The notes beneath the pieces are model-generated. The model saw nothing but the letters and a program-made list of their open reading frames with translations. It did no database searches and was not told the origin of the DNA. A stretch of DNA of 64,000 nt from Myxococcota bacterium (GTDB lineage: Bacteria; Myxococcota_A; UBA9160; UBA6930), in assembly GCA_965223705.1 (NCBI GenBank), contig OZ245015.1, forward strand, positions 4,096,001-4,160,000. The letters are read 5' to 3'. This document shows, piece after piece, positions 50,416 to 60,127 of this stretch; the first letter of the stretch is position 1; every line of letters begins with the position of its first letter. A program made the translations under genes and the position numbers.

Positions 50416-53001
50416 GTGAGCGCAAGCCTCGAGCACTCCACATCGAACTCCGAGCTCCGAGCAGAGACTCTGCCGTCGGGTCTGCGTGTGCTCGCGCGCA
50501 CCTCGCGACGCGCGCCGGTCGCGGAAGTGCAGGTGTGGGCCAAGGTCGGCTCGGCGGACGAGGCCGATGACGAGTCCGGGATCGCCCACTTCCATGAGCA
50601 TATGCTCTTCAAAGGCACCGAGCGGCGCGGGCTCGGGGAAATCGCGGGCGATATCGAAGGGCGCGGCGGCTACCTGAACGCCTACACGAGCTTCGACGTC
50701 ACGGTCTATCACGCGACCTTGCCGAAGGAAGCGGTCGACGTCGGCATCGACGTCCTCGCGGACGCGACCCAGCACAGCGTCTTCGCCGAGGAGGAAGTCG
50801 AGCGGGAGATCGAAGTCGTCCTCGAAGAGATCCGTCGCTCGGAAGACACGCCGCACCACGTGCTCGGTGACGCCATCTTCGAAACGGCGTATCGCGAGCA
50901 TCCTTATCGCCGGCCGATTCTCGGCAGCCCGGAGAGCGTCCGTCGCATGACGGGCCGCCGCGTCGCCGACTTCTACCGGCGCTGGTATCGCCCGGACAAC
51001 TTGATGGTCGTGGGCGTCGGTGATTTCGACGTCGACCGTTTCGTCGAAACCGTGGCGAAGCATTTCCCAGGCGATGTGTCGGCGCCGCGCGCTCGGGCGC
51101 GCAAGGCGGAACCGGCCGTTCTCGCGCCGCGCATTCGGATCGTGCGCCGCCCGTTCGAGCGCGGTTGCTTGGAGCTCTGTTGGCCCAGCGTCTCATTCGA
51201 CCACCCCGATACGCCGCTGCTCGATCTACTCGCGTTTATCCTGGGCGAGGGCGAGAGTTGCCGACTCGTCCGTCGCTTGAAAGAAGACGCCGACGTCGCG
51301 GATCGCATCGACGCTTCCTCTTATACACCCCTCGATGCGGGCTTGTTTGGGGCCAGCGCCGATTTCGATCCGGCCCAGACCCGCGACCTCGTCTCGCGCC
51401 TCGCCGAAGAGATCGAACAATTGCGCCACGAACCGGTGAGAGCGGAAGAGCTCGACAAGGCGCGCGCAAACTTCCTGGCAGCGGAGCACTGGGAGCGCGA
51501 GAGCGTCTCGGGCCAAGCGCGCAAGCTCGGCACTTTTGAGCTCCTGGCCGGCAGTGCAGATCGCGAAGTCGACTATCTCGCGCGCGTCGCCCGCGCGACG
51601 CCGGAAGATCTTCTCGAAGTCGCCCACCGTTGGTTGGTTCCGGAGCGAGCGCTACTCGGCGTCGTCCTCCCCGAAAACGCCGACACCGAAGACGCTCACC
51701 TGAAAGAAGCGCTCAGCGAAGGCACGGAGCGGTGCTTGCGGCGTTACCGGACACCGCGACGGTCTGCGCCCGTAGGCGACGTCGTGAGCTTCGAGCTCGA
51801 TTCCGGCGCGCGCCTTCACGTCGTCCCGCGGCGCGAGCTCCCGATTGCCGCGCTCCGCTTCGCGATGCTCGGCGGGCTCCTCGCGGAAGACGCCGCCACC
51901 GCCGGCGCGGCCCATTTCCTCGCCGGGATGTGGATGCGCGGCACAAAGAAACGCAACGCCGCGACCTTCGCTCGCAACGTGGAAAGTCTGGCCGGAGATG
52001 TCGACGGGTTCTCCGGACGAAACAGCATCGGCTTGACCGTCGAAGGTACGAGCGATCGGTTGCTCCCGCTTCTCGATCTCGCGGCGGAAGCGCTTCTCGA
52101 ACCGGCTTTTTCAGAAGAAGAGCTCGACCGCGAGCGCAGCGATACCTTGGCCGCGCTCGCGCGCCGCGAGGATCGCCTCGGAGCGCGCGTCTTCGACCTC
52201 TTCTGCGAAACGATGTACCCGACGCATCCGTATCGCTTTCCGCTCCTCGGCACCGAGAGCGCTGTGAACCGGTTCACGCCGGAAGCGCAACAGGCACTGC
52301 ACGACCGAATCGTTCGCGGCGGTAACCTCGATATCGCCTGTGTCGGCGACGTCGATCCGGACGAACTGGCGTTGGCACTTTCCGTTCGCCTGACGGCGCT
52401 CGAACCGGGTCGAGCCGGTTTTGCGCTGCCCGAAGAAGACGCGGTTCCGGAGGGTCCCCGCGAAGTGGTCGCGACGAAAGATCGCGCGCAGGCGCACTTG
52501 GTTCTGGGATTTCCCGGGCTTCGCCTCGACGACCCCGACCGCTATGCCCTCGACGTGTTGTCTCAGGTGTTGGGCGGGCAGGCGGGCAGGCTCTTTATGG
52601 AGCTTCGCGACAAGCGCAGCCTCGCATACAGCGTGTCGGCGTTCGCCGCGGAAGGGCTCGCCCCGGGCTATTTCGCGTTCATGATCGCGACCGCTCCCGA
52701 TAAGTTCGAAGACGCGAAGCGCGGGCTCTATGAGGAAGTGGCGCGCTTGTTCGACGAGCCTCCGGACGCGGCCGAGCTCGACGCGGCCAAGCAGCAGATC
52801 GTCGGGAGCTTCGCGATCGAAAGCCAGCGCGCCGGCGCCCGCGCTTTCCACATGGCGCTCGACGCGCGCTACGGACTGGGCGTCGACAACGCGACACACA
52901 CCCCGGAACGCGTGCGAGCGGTGTCGAAAGATGACGTCCGCCGCGTCGCAGAACGCATCTTTGATATGGACCGCTCGATCTTGGCGGCGATTCGGCCGTA
53001 G
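50416..53001 (+). CDS. M16 (pitrilysin-family) zinc peptidase
   Basis: HFHEH inverted zinc motif, NAYTS, second degenerate M16 half; start trimmed from ORF 49174. Confidence 0.9.
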   Translation: MSASLEHSTSNSELRAETLPSGLRVLARTSRRAPVAEVQVWAKVGSADEADDESGIAHFHEHMLFKGTERRGLGEIAGDIEGRGGYLNAYTSFDVTVYHATLPKEAVDVGIDVLADATQHSVFAEEEVEREIEVVLEEIRRSEDTPHHVLGDAIFETAYREHPYRRPILGSPESVRRMTGRRVADFYRRWYRPDNLMVVGVGDFDVDRFVETVAKHFPGDVSAPRARARKAEPAVLAPRIRIVRRPFERGCLELCWPSVSFDHPDTPLLDLLAFILGEGESCRLVRRLKEDADVADRIDASSYTPLDAGLFGASADFDPAQTRDLVSRLAEEIEQLRHEPVRAEELDKARANFLAAEHWERESVSGQARKLGTFELLAGSADREVDYLARVARATPEDLLEVAHRWLVPERALLGVVLPENADTEDAHLKEALSEGTERCLRRYRTPRRSAPVGDVVSFELDSGARLHVVPRRELPIAALRFAMLGGLLAEDAATAGAAHFLAGMWMRGTKKRNAATFARNVESLAGDVDGFSGRNSIGLTVEGTSDRLLPLLDLAAEALLEPAFSEEELDRERSDTLAALARREDRLGARVFDLFCETMYPTHPYRFPLLGTESAVNRFTPEAQQALHDRIVRGGNLDIACVGDVDPDELALALSVRLTALEPGRAGFALPEEDAVPEGPREVVATKDRAQAHLVLGFPGLRLDDPDRYALDVLSQVLGGQAGRLFMELRDKRSLAYSVSAFAAEGLAPGYFAFMIATAPDKFEDAKRGLYEEVARLFDEPPDAAELDAAKQQIVGSFAIESQRAGARAFHMALDARYGLGVDNATHTPERVRAVSKDDVRRVAERIFDMDRSILAAIRP

Positions 53002-53007
53002 CCGCTT

Positions 53008-54765
53008 TCAGGGAGCGATGGCCAGGCCGTCGCCCCGTGGATCCGTGCCCCCGAAAAAGCGCCCTCCCCCTGCGTCGACGTGAATTGCCTGGGCGCTCGA
53101 CCAGAAGCGCCCCGACACCTCGACGTTGTGGCCGCGGTCGCGGAGGGCCTCGATGACATCCGCGGGGACGTCGGGCTCGACCAGCAAGCGATCGGGGAGC
53201 CACTGGTGATGGAATCTCGGGGCCGATACCGCCGCCTGCACGTCCATCCCGTAGTCGATCACGTTCAAGATCGAGAGCAGCGTCGTCGTGATGATGCGAG
53301 GGCCACCGGGGCTGCCGGTGATGAGGAACGGTTCTCCGTCGCGCAGCACGATCGTCGGCGTCATGCTCGAGAGCGGTCGCTTCCGCGGTGCGACGGCGTT
53401 CGCACCGCGCGTATCGACCAAGCCGAACGCGTTCGGCGTGTCGAGGGCAATCGAGAAATCGTCCATCTCGTTGTTGAGCACCACGCCGGTGCCCGGCACC
53501 GTGATCCCCGAACCGAACAACAAGTTGATGGTCTGGGTGACCGAGACCGCGTTGCCCGCGGCGTCGATGACCGAGAAGTGCGTCGTGCCTCCGTCGTGGG
53601 GCGCCTCACCCGGGCCCGCGACTTCGATCGCGACCTCGTCGAGATGCCAGGTGAGCGGCGAACGGCTCCAGCGGGGCGGGTTGATCCGCGCGCGCAGCTT
53701 CTCGGCGTAGGTGGCCTTGCCGAGCCATCCGGGGATCTCGACGAAGTCCGGATCGCCCAAGTGCGCAGCGCGATCGGCGAACGCGAGCTTCATCGCTTCG
53801 GTGATCACATGGAGGCTCTTCGACGAGCCCGCCCCGCGTGCGGCGAGATCGAAGCCTTCGAGAATCTGAAGCATCGAGACCAGCGCCAGGCCGCCTGAGG
53901 ACGGCGGCGGGAACGACAGGACCTCGTAGCCGCGATATGTCCCGCGGCTGGGTTCTCGAACGGCTGGGCGATACGCAGCGAGATCTTGTGCGGTGAGTAT
54001 GCCCCCCGCCTCGCGGGCCGCCGCGACCATCCGGTCGGCGAGCTCCCCCTTGTAGAAAGCGCCGGGACCGGCCGAGGCCAAGTGGCGGAGGGTCTTCCCC
54101 TTCTCGGGTTGGCGCAGCACGGTTCCCACGAGCGCTTCCGGCGGCTGACCGCGCACCGGCAGCTGAATGGCCGCGGTCGCGGGGAACCGATCGGCGAGTC
54201 GGTCGTCCCAGAACGCGAGCGAGCGCGCGTGGCTGCGCCCCAGCGCGAAGCCCTCTTCCGCGATTCGGATCGCCGGCTCGACCAGCGTCGCAAACTCGAG
54301 ATTCCCCCACTGCTCCCGCGCGAGTTCGAGGCCGGCGACGAGCCCTGGGGTCGCGACGGCCAGCCCACCCCACCGCGACGCGTCCTTCGCGACACCCTCG
54401 GCGACGTACATGTCGCGCGAAGCAGCGGCCGGCGCCGTCTCTCGCGCGTCGACGGCGTACACCTCGCCGCTCGCGAGTCGAACGAGAAGGAAGCCGCCGC
54501 CGCCGATTCCGGAGTGGTGTGGGTCGCTCACGGACAGCGCCAACGAGATCGCGACCGCTGCATCGATCGCGTTTCCACCCGCTCGCAAGATGGCGGCACC
54601 CGCCCGGCTTGCATCGACCTGTGGGGTAACCACCATGCCTCGCGTGCCTACAACGGGCGCTGGTGCGGCACCGAAGGCCGGATAGGCGAACGCGACGAGA
54701 GCGAGAACGAGAAGCTTCAGCGGACGCTTCCGGTGGCCGAGTGACTGGCGATGACGAGCCGACAC
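53008..54765 (-). CDS. ggt: Gamma-glutamyltransferase
   Basis: GGNAIDAA, SGIGGGGF, TTHFS nucleophile, LNNEMDDF, SSMTP, GSPGG. Confidence 0.96.
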   Translation of the reverse strand: MSARHRQSLGHRKRPLKLLVLALVAFAYPAFGAAPAPVVGTRGMVVTPQVDASRAGAAILRAGGNAIDAAVAISLALSVSDPHHSGIGGGGFLLVRLASGEVYAVDARETAPAAASRDMYVAEGVAKDASRWGGLAVATPGLVAGLELAREQWGNLEFATLVEPAIRIAEEGFALGRSHARSLAFWDDRLADRFPATAAIQLPVRGQPPEALVGTVLRQPEKGKTLRHLASAGPGAFYKGELADRMVAAAREAGGILTAQDLAAYRPAVREPSRGTYRGYEVLSFPPPSSGGLALVSMLQILEGFDLAARGAGSSKSLHVITEAMKLAFADRAAHLGDPDFVEIPGWLGKATYAEKLRARINPPRWSRSPLTWHLDEVAIEVAGPGEAPHDGGTTHFSVIDAAGNAVSVTQTINLLFGSGITVPGTGVVLNNEMDDFSIALDTPNAFGLVDTRGANAVAPRKRPLSSMTPTIVLRDGEPFLITGSPGGPRIITTTLLSILNVIDYGMDVQAAVSAPRFHHQWLPDRLLVEPDVPADVIEALRDRGHNVEVSGRFWSSAQAIHVDAGGGRFFGGTDPRGDGLAIAP

Positions 54766-54802
54766 GGCGCGACGCTAACACACGCGGGGCGAGGAGAATC
54801 CG

Positions 54803-55513
54803 GTGAAGCGACCTAATCCGCTCACACTATCGCGACTTACCGTCGCCCTATTCGCAGCCTCACTGGTGATCGCCGCCTGTGGCGCCGAAGAACCGCCGCC
54901 CGACCCGCCGAAACTGACCCGCGTTCCGGTCCCCGTACCCGAAGCGACCGGCCCGAGACCCGTGGTGGCGGTCGAGGTCGCCGAGTTCGGGACGATCCAG
55001 ATCGAGCTCTTCCCGGACGTCGCGCCCAAAACCGTCGATAACTTCTTGAAACTCGCCGACGAAGACTTCTACGTCGGGACCACCTTCCACCGCGTGATCC
55101 CGGAATTCGCGATCCAAGGCGGCGACCCGCTCTCGAAAGATCGCGACCCGCGCAACGACGGCGCCGGCGACCCCGGCTACGTCATCGAGGACGAGTACAC
55201 ACAGATCGCGCATCGCCGCGGCATCGTTTCCATGGCCAACAAGGGCCACCCGAAGACCGCCGGCTCCCAATTCTTCATCGTGGTCGAGGACCAACCGCAC
55301 TTCGACGGGAAGTACGCCGTCTTCGGCCGCGTGATCGAAGGCATGGACGTCGTCGACAAGATCAGCGTGACCCCGCGCGACGTCTACGGACGCTACGGCC
55401 CGCCCGATCGGCCGCGCGAGAACGTGGTGATCGCCGGAATCGAGCAGATCTCCGATGGCACCGCGGCGTTGGCAAAGAACGAAGAACCCATCGCCGGCGA
55501 GGACGCGCCCTAG
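54803..55513 (+). CDS. Cyclophilin-type PPIase lipoprotein
   Basis: Lipobox VIAAC, APKTV.NF, FHRVI, QGGDP, GSQFFI. Confidence 0.92.
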   Translation: MKRPNPLTLSRLTVALFAASLVIAACGAEEPPPDPPKLTRVPVPVPEATGPRPVVAVEVAEFGTIQIELFPDVAPKTVDNFLKLADEDFYVGTTFHRVIPEFAIQGGDPLSKDRDPRNDGAGDPGYVIEDEYTQIAHRRGIVSMANKGHPKTAGSQFFIVVEDQPHFDGKYAVFGRVIEGMDVVDKISVTPRDVYGRYGPPDRPRENVVIAGIEQISDGTAALAKNEEPIAGEDAP

Positions 55514-55549
55514 CCCACCCCGCATCCAGCCGGTAGATTTCCGCTTCCT

Positions 55550-55625
55550 GGCCCGGTAGCTCAGTTGGTAGAGCACCTGACTGAAAATCAGGGTGTCGGC
55601 AGTTCGATTCTGCCCTGGGCCACCA
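55550..55625 (+). tRNA. tRNA-Phe (GAA)
   Basis: GGCCCGG/CTGGGCC acceptor stem, anticodon arm CCTGA-CTGAAAA-TCAGG, GTTCGA T-loop, encoded CCA; 76 nt. Confidence 0.97.
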
Positions 55626-55775
55626 TTCATTCCCATCTCAAGCTAGTCAGGCACAGACAACGCCGAGAACTGGATGCTCGGGGCTCACTCCCACGTTCCC
55701 GGACGGGCGGAAAGAGCGGGACGCTGCGTCTCGACGAGCCGCCTCGAATCGTCACACCGCTAGAATCTCTCGCGA

Positions 55776-56339
55776 ATGACCCTCTTCGAGTACATATCCG
55801 TCGCGATTTCGTTGGTGCTGTCGCTCGCGGCGGTGCGGGTGTTGGGCGGACTTTCGGTGGCGTTCGCGGAAGGGCGGCGGTTCTGGGTGCACGCGGCCTG
55901 GCTCGTGATGGTGCTCGGCATCTCGGCACTCGTATGGTGGAACTTCTGGTCGTTCCGAGACGCTGATTGGAACCTCTTTCGGTTTCTCATGGTGCTGGCA
56001 GCGCCAGGCTCGATCTACCTCATGGGCGCAGCTCTCGTACCCGAGAGCCCCGGCGAGGTCGCGTCGTGGGAGGAACACTTCTTCTTCGCGCGAAGACGCT
56101 TCTTTCTGGCGCTCGGTGCGTTCTTCGTCACGGTGTCGACGACGTCCTACGTGCTCCTCGAGATCCCGTGGATGACTGCCGCGCGGGCTTCCCAGATTGT
56201 GGGCTTCACGCTCGCGGTAGTGGGCGTGGTGTCGCCGAGCCCGCGGGTACATCGCATCCTTCCGATCGCCTTTGCCGTACTGCTCGCCGCTGTCTCGTTC
56301 CTGATCTTCGAGCGGCCGGGGTCGCTCAACGACGTCTAG
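55776..56339 (+). CDS. Hypothetical integral membrane protein
   Basis: MTLFEYISVAISLVLSL start, about 6 TMs. Confidence 0.8.
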   Translation: MTLFEYISVAISLVLSLAAVRVLGGLSVAFAEGRRFWVHAAWLVMVLGISALVWWNFWSFRDADWNLFRFLMVLAAPGSIYLMGAALVPESPGEVASWEEHFFFARRRFFLALGAFFVTVSTTSYVLLEIPWMTAARASQIVGFTLAVVGVVSPSPRVHRILPIAFAVLLAAVSFLIFERPGSLNDV

Positions 56340-56473
56340 CGATGACTCTTCGGCTGCGGGTTGACGTTGGCGAGCGAATGGTCTCAGCCGGGCGATGAAG
56401 CTAGGTTGCGGGTTCCGCGCCAACCGATCGGTTCGCTTGCGAAGCTTTCGTACCGGCATCATTGAGGACCACC

Positions 56474-57262
56474 ATGGACTCCGCGCCCTTCCCGAAACCC
56501 ACCAAAGATTTCGAACGCGCGAAGCGCGACATCGTCGAGTACGGGCTGTGCGTCATCCCCGACGTACTCACGGGCGACCAACTGGCGCGCACGCGACAGC
56601 GCCTCTACGAGGCCACCGAGTGGGACGCGCAGCGGGGGCTCACGGGCGATCCATTTGTGCTCGACGTCGACGCGAGCAACCGCCGCGTGTGGGCGCTCCT
56701 CAACAAGGGCTGGGAGTTTGTCGAGATGGCCGAGCATCCCGTGGCCCTCGAGCTACTCCGTTCCGTGTTGGGCTGGCCGATGCTGCTCTGCAACATCAGC
56801 GGAAACATCACCGGGCCCGGCGGTGACGCGGGCGTGCTGCACGCCGATCAGATCTTCTCGCCCGAGCCGTGGTCGGCGGCTTACGGCGCGAACGCGGTGT
56901 GGATGCTCGATGATTTCACCGAAGCCAACGGGGCGACCCGTATCGTGCCGGGTAGTCACCGCTTGAACCGGATACCGCGCGAGGACGAACTCGAAACGGA
57001 AACGGTGGCGCTCGAGGGTGCGGCCGGAACCCTGGTCGTCATGGAGGCGCGCGTCTGGCACCGGACCGGTGCAAACCAGACGCGCGATTCGTATCGGGGC
57101 GGGGTATTCGGTTGGTACACGCTGCCGATCTACCGCACCCAGGAAAATTGGTTCCTCTCGCTCAACCCGAACGTTCGACAGAGCGCGTCGGATACCCTCC
57201 TCGAGCTACTCGCCTTCCGAACGGAAGGTCTCGGGTTGGTGAACGGCGCGTCGCCGATCTGA
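56474..57262 (+). CDS. PhyH-family Fe(II)/2OG dioxygenase
   Basis: LHAD, LDDFTEANGATRIVPGSH, WHRTG. Confidence 0.9.
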   Translation: MDSAPFPKPTKDFERAKRDIVEYGLCVIPDVLTGDQLARTRQRLYEATEWDAQRGLTGDPFVLDVDASNRRVWALLNKGWEFVEMAEHPVALELLRSVLGWPMLLCNISGNITGPGGDAGVLHADQIFSPEPWSAAYGANAVWMLDDFTEANGATRIVPGSHRLNRIPREDELETETVALEGAAGTLVVMEARVWHRTGANQTRDSYRGGVFGWYTLPIYRTQENWFLSLNPNVRQSASDTLLELLAFRTEGLGLVNGASPI

Positions 57263-57272
57263 GGAATGCCGT

Positions 57273-58481
57273 CTAGGCCACGATTACCGTCGCGGGATCG
57301 GCGGCGGCGAGTGCCGTCTCGCGATCCGGTTTGGGCGGATAGATCCACTCCGTGTTGATGCTTCGCTTGAGTGCCTTGGCGTCCTCGCGCACCATCTTGA
57401 CCTCGCGCTCCCAGCCTTCGGAATAGACGGCTCCCCACGGACCGAGATCGAGACACGTCACGTACTTGGGCTGGCTGTACGGTAAGAGGGGCTGACCCAG
57501 AAGGTCCGCGGCCGCGTTGTGCCCGGCGTAACGCCCGAGGCTCAAGGCGTGTTGGCACGACATCAGGGCGGTGTTCCCCAGGTCGTCCGTCGCGGCCAAC
57601 GCCGTGTCGCCTGCTACGAAGACCTCGCCGGCACCCTTCGCGCGCAGCTCGCGGTCCACGTGAACGCGACCCAAGGAATCGTGTTCACCGGGGATCTGGG
57701 CGGCTAGGGGATGCGCGCGAAGCCCCGCCGTCCAGACCACCGTCTGTGCCGGGATTCGCTCGCCGGATGCGGTGGTCACCCCGTCGGCGTCGACCGACAC
57801 GGCAGCGGTCGACATCATCACTTCCACCGCTTCACTCGCGAGCGCTTCTTCGATGTACGGTCGCGGTCCCGGCCCGAGGTCGGGACCAATCTCCTGCGCA
57901 CGCTCGAGGAGAACGACGCGAAGCGCCGTGTCGTCACCGAGGATCGCGCGCAGCCGCTTCGGCATGTCGGCCGCCGTCTCGATTCCGGTGAACCCGCCAC
58001 CGGCGATCACCACCGTATTTCGACTCGGGCTCTCCGGCCGTTCAGCGAGCGAGTGGAGATGTTCGTCGAGAGCGACGGCACTCGAGAGCTGATCGACGTT
58101 GAAAGCGTGTTCTTGCAGACCGGGAATTTCCGGCAGGAAGACGGTGCTGCCTACGGCCAGGACGAAGCGGTCGTAGGGCAGAACGACGCGCTCGTCGTCG
58201 GGCGACCGCACCTCCAACTGGCGTGCCTCGGGCCGAATGGCTTCGACCCATCCGGGTACGTGTTCCACACCAACGGCGTCGAACAAAGGGCCGATGTCGG
58301 GAGCCATCTCGTCGAACGCCGTCTCGTAGAAACGCGGCCGGATATGAAGCTCGGGTTTCGGCGACACGACGGCGATCGCAATGTCGCTTTCTTTGCCTGC
58401 CATCGAGACTGCGCGTGCAGCTGCCAGTGCGGCCCACATTCCGGCGAATCCCGAACCTGCTACGACGATCTTCTGAGTCAC
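57273..58481 (-). CDS. NDH-2-like NAD(P)/FAD oxidoreductase
   Basis: GSGFAG, GGGFTGIE, WTAG, AGD, CLDLG. Confidence 0.9.
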   Translation of the reverse strand: MTQKIVVAGSGFAGMWAALAAARAVSMAGKESDIAIAVVSPKPELHIRPRFYETAFDEMAPDIGPLFDAVGVEHVPGWVEAIRPEARQLEVRSPDDERVVLPYDRFVLAVGSTVFLPEIPGLQEHAFNVDQLSSAVALDEHLHSLAERPESPSRNTVVIAGGGFTGIETAADMPKRLRAILGDDTALRVVLLERAQEIGPDLGPGPRPYIEEALASEAVEVMMSTAAVSVDADGVTTASGERIPAQTVVWTAGLRAHPLAAQIPGEHDSLGRVHVDRELRAKGAGEVFVAGDTALAATDDLGNTALMSCQHALSLGRYAGHNAAADLLGQPLLPYSQPKYVTCLDLGPWGAVYSEGWEREVKMVREDAKALKRSINTEWIYPPKPDRETALAAADPATVIVA

Positions 58482-59017
58482 TCTCGTCCTCCGTGCGGCG
58501 CTGAGTTCTTGGCGCCGCGGCCCAATTGTCTCTCATGGAGCCAACCGCGGATGTCCTCCGAGAACCGGCGCGGAGCCTTCCGACCGACGCGGGCGGCCAG
58601 GCCAGCGAGCGTCTCCTCCGCAAGGCTCTCGCGCATCGCCGCTTCTGCGCGAAGCATGACGGCGTGGATCGAACACACCCCTTGCGTGGCCCACCGGGGC
58701 GCCGAATCGCCGAAGACGGCACAACGGTCGCGGACCTCGCGACACTCGAAGAGCGGCTTGTCGCCTTCGATGGCGTCCACCACGTCGAGGACCGTGATCT
58801 CGGAGGGCGGGCGCGCCAGCCGGTAGCCACCATGAACGCCTTCGGCACCGGACACGATTCCTGCCTTCTCGAGCTTGGGAAAAATCTTTGCGACGAAGGA
58901 AGGCGAAACGCCCTGCAACTCAGAGAGATCGCGGGTGCTCGGTTGGCCCACACCGGCGTCCACCAACCAGAGCAGGCAGTGAAGCCCATATTCGACTCCG
59001 CTTGTAAGGTGCGGCAT
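58478..59017 (-). CDS. Rrf2-family regulator, RsrR-like
   Basis: VEYGLHC, GGYRLAR..EITVLDVV.AIEG, FECREV, CSIH. Confidence 0.9.
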   Translation of the reverse strand: MPHLTSGVEYGLHCLLWLVDAGVGQPSTRDLSELQGVSPSFVAKIFPKLEKAGIVSGAEGVHGGYRLARPPSEITVLDVVDAIEGDKPLFECREVRDRCAVFGDSAPRWATQGVCSIHAVMLRAEAAMRESLAEETLAGLAARVGRKAPRRFSEDIRGWLHERQLGRGAKNSAPHGGRE

Positions 59018-59053
59018 AACGAAGACTATATCAGTCCGCGTTTAATCGTGCAA
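59018..59053 (-). promoter_or_regulatory. sigma70 promoter overlapped by an 11-3-11 inverted repeat operator
   Basis: TTGCAC-N17-TATAGT-N7-ATG; AACGAAGACTA-tat-CAGTCCGCGTT (8/11 symmetric). Confidence 0.7.
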
Positions 59054-59109
59054 TCGACAGAGCGCGAAAGCGACATCTACTTCTGAGCGCGCGACGTATC
59101 TGTCATTGC

Positions 59110-59778
59110 ATGTCCGCACTGCTTCGTCTCGTGGTGATTTCGATTGCTGCCTTCCTTTGCGTCGGTTTCACTCCCAACCGTGAACAGACCGAGCGTTTCC
59201 TAAGAATTTTGGCGGAAAGCGGTTTCACGATTGAAGACATTTCGACGGCTCTCGATGCTGAGCCGACGTGCCGGGACATAAGTCCGCCGAGCTGCGTGAT
59301 CTCAATTCTCAATCCGTCGAAACACGAATGCTCGTGGAGCCAACGCCGCTGCAAAGTGCGCAGTTGGGATGGTCGACACTGGAACGACCACGTATCGCCC
59401 TACCCATGCTCGCTTTCCTGTACGTATCACTACAGAGCGGGGATTCCGGCCAGTCCCTACGGAGGGACCGATTGTTTCTTCGAGATCGCTGATCCGCTTC
59501 CGGAGCGGCTCGTGCCGGATCTCTCTTTCCTTCTAGACGAGTGCGAGGTGCGCGATCGGATGCAACACGGTGCTTGTGACATGCGCGATCGCGGATCAAC
59601 GATCAAGATCGGGCCAGCCGTCGCCTGGTGTTTTCAGGTGGGACCTGACGGGTCACAGAACCTTCGGTCATCCAACCGAAAAGGGACTTCAAGAATGCGT
59701 GAGAACGCTGCGGAGACAGGCGAGCGACGAAGCGTATCGTTTGTGTCAATCCGGGCAGCAGACCCGCGACGGGTTTGA
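59110..59778 (+). CDS. Hypothetical Cys-rich protein with a possible signal peptide
   Basis: 222-aa ORF filling an otherwise empty, visibly lower-GC gap; no recognisable motif. Confidence 0.4.
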   Translation: MSALLRLVVISIAAFLCVGFTPNREQTERFLRILAESGFTIEDISTALDAEPTCRDISPPSCVISILNPSKHECSWSQRRCKVRSWDGRHWNDHVSPYPCSLSCTYHYRAGIPASPYGGTDCFFEIADPLPERLVPDLSFLLDECEVRDRMQHGACDMRDRGSTIKIGPAVAWCFQVGPDGSQNLRSSNRKGTSRMRENAAETGERRSVSFVSIRAADPRRV

Positions 59779-59969
59779 GAAGCAGCTGTACCAAGCTGTC
59801 GGTCTTCTGTATGAAAAGTGTTGGTGGCCACCCCCTCGCGCCATAACAAGGTCTAGTCGAGCTCGCGGGGGAACAGGAGCCCCGCCCCCGCATGCTACGA
59901 TCGCGCTCCCTTGATTTGGAGCATTCCCCATGGCCCTACGACTCGCCCGTGCCTTCGCCACGTCGCTCG

Positions 59970-60108
59970 ACACGCGCTCGATCGCGCGCAGTGGCGCGAC
60001 CGTCTGGCTGCCTTGGAAGCAGAGGGAGCGACCGAGATCGCCTACCAGCCGGCGGGCAAGGACATCGCCCGCGAGCTCGAAGCGTTCGCATCGGTAGTGA
60101 AGGGCTAG
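59970..60108 (+). pseudogene. C-terminal remnant of an LLM-class oxidoreductase
   Basis: WRDRLAALEAEGATEIAYQPAG.DIARELEAF resembles LLM C-termini; no N-terminal part; left boundary approximate. Confidence 0.5.
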
Positions 60109-60127
60109 AGCGCCCAAGGAGCCATCC

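Noticed and set aside
54860..55966. ORFs overlapping the tRNA (54860..55636 minus, 55565..55966 plus)
   Set aside because: Translations of tRNA sequence and the cyclophilin antisense strand
59821..59830. TGGTGGCC, an inverted match to the tRNA-Phe 3' end, as a possible att site
   Set aside because: Only 8 nt, wrong orientation, no integrase
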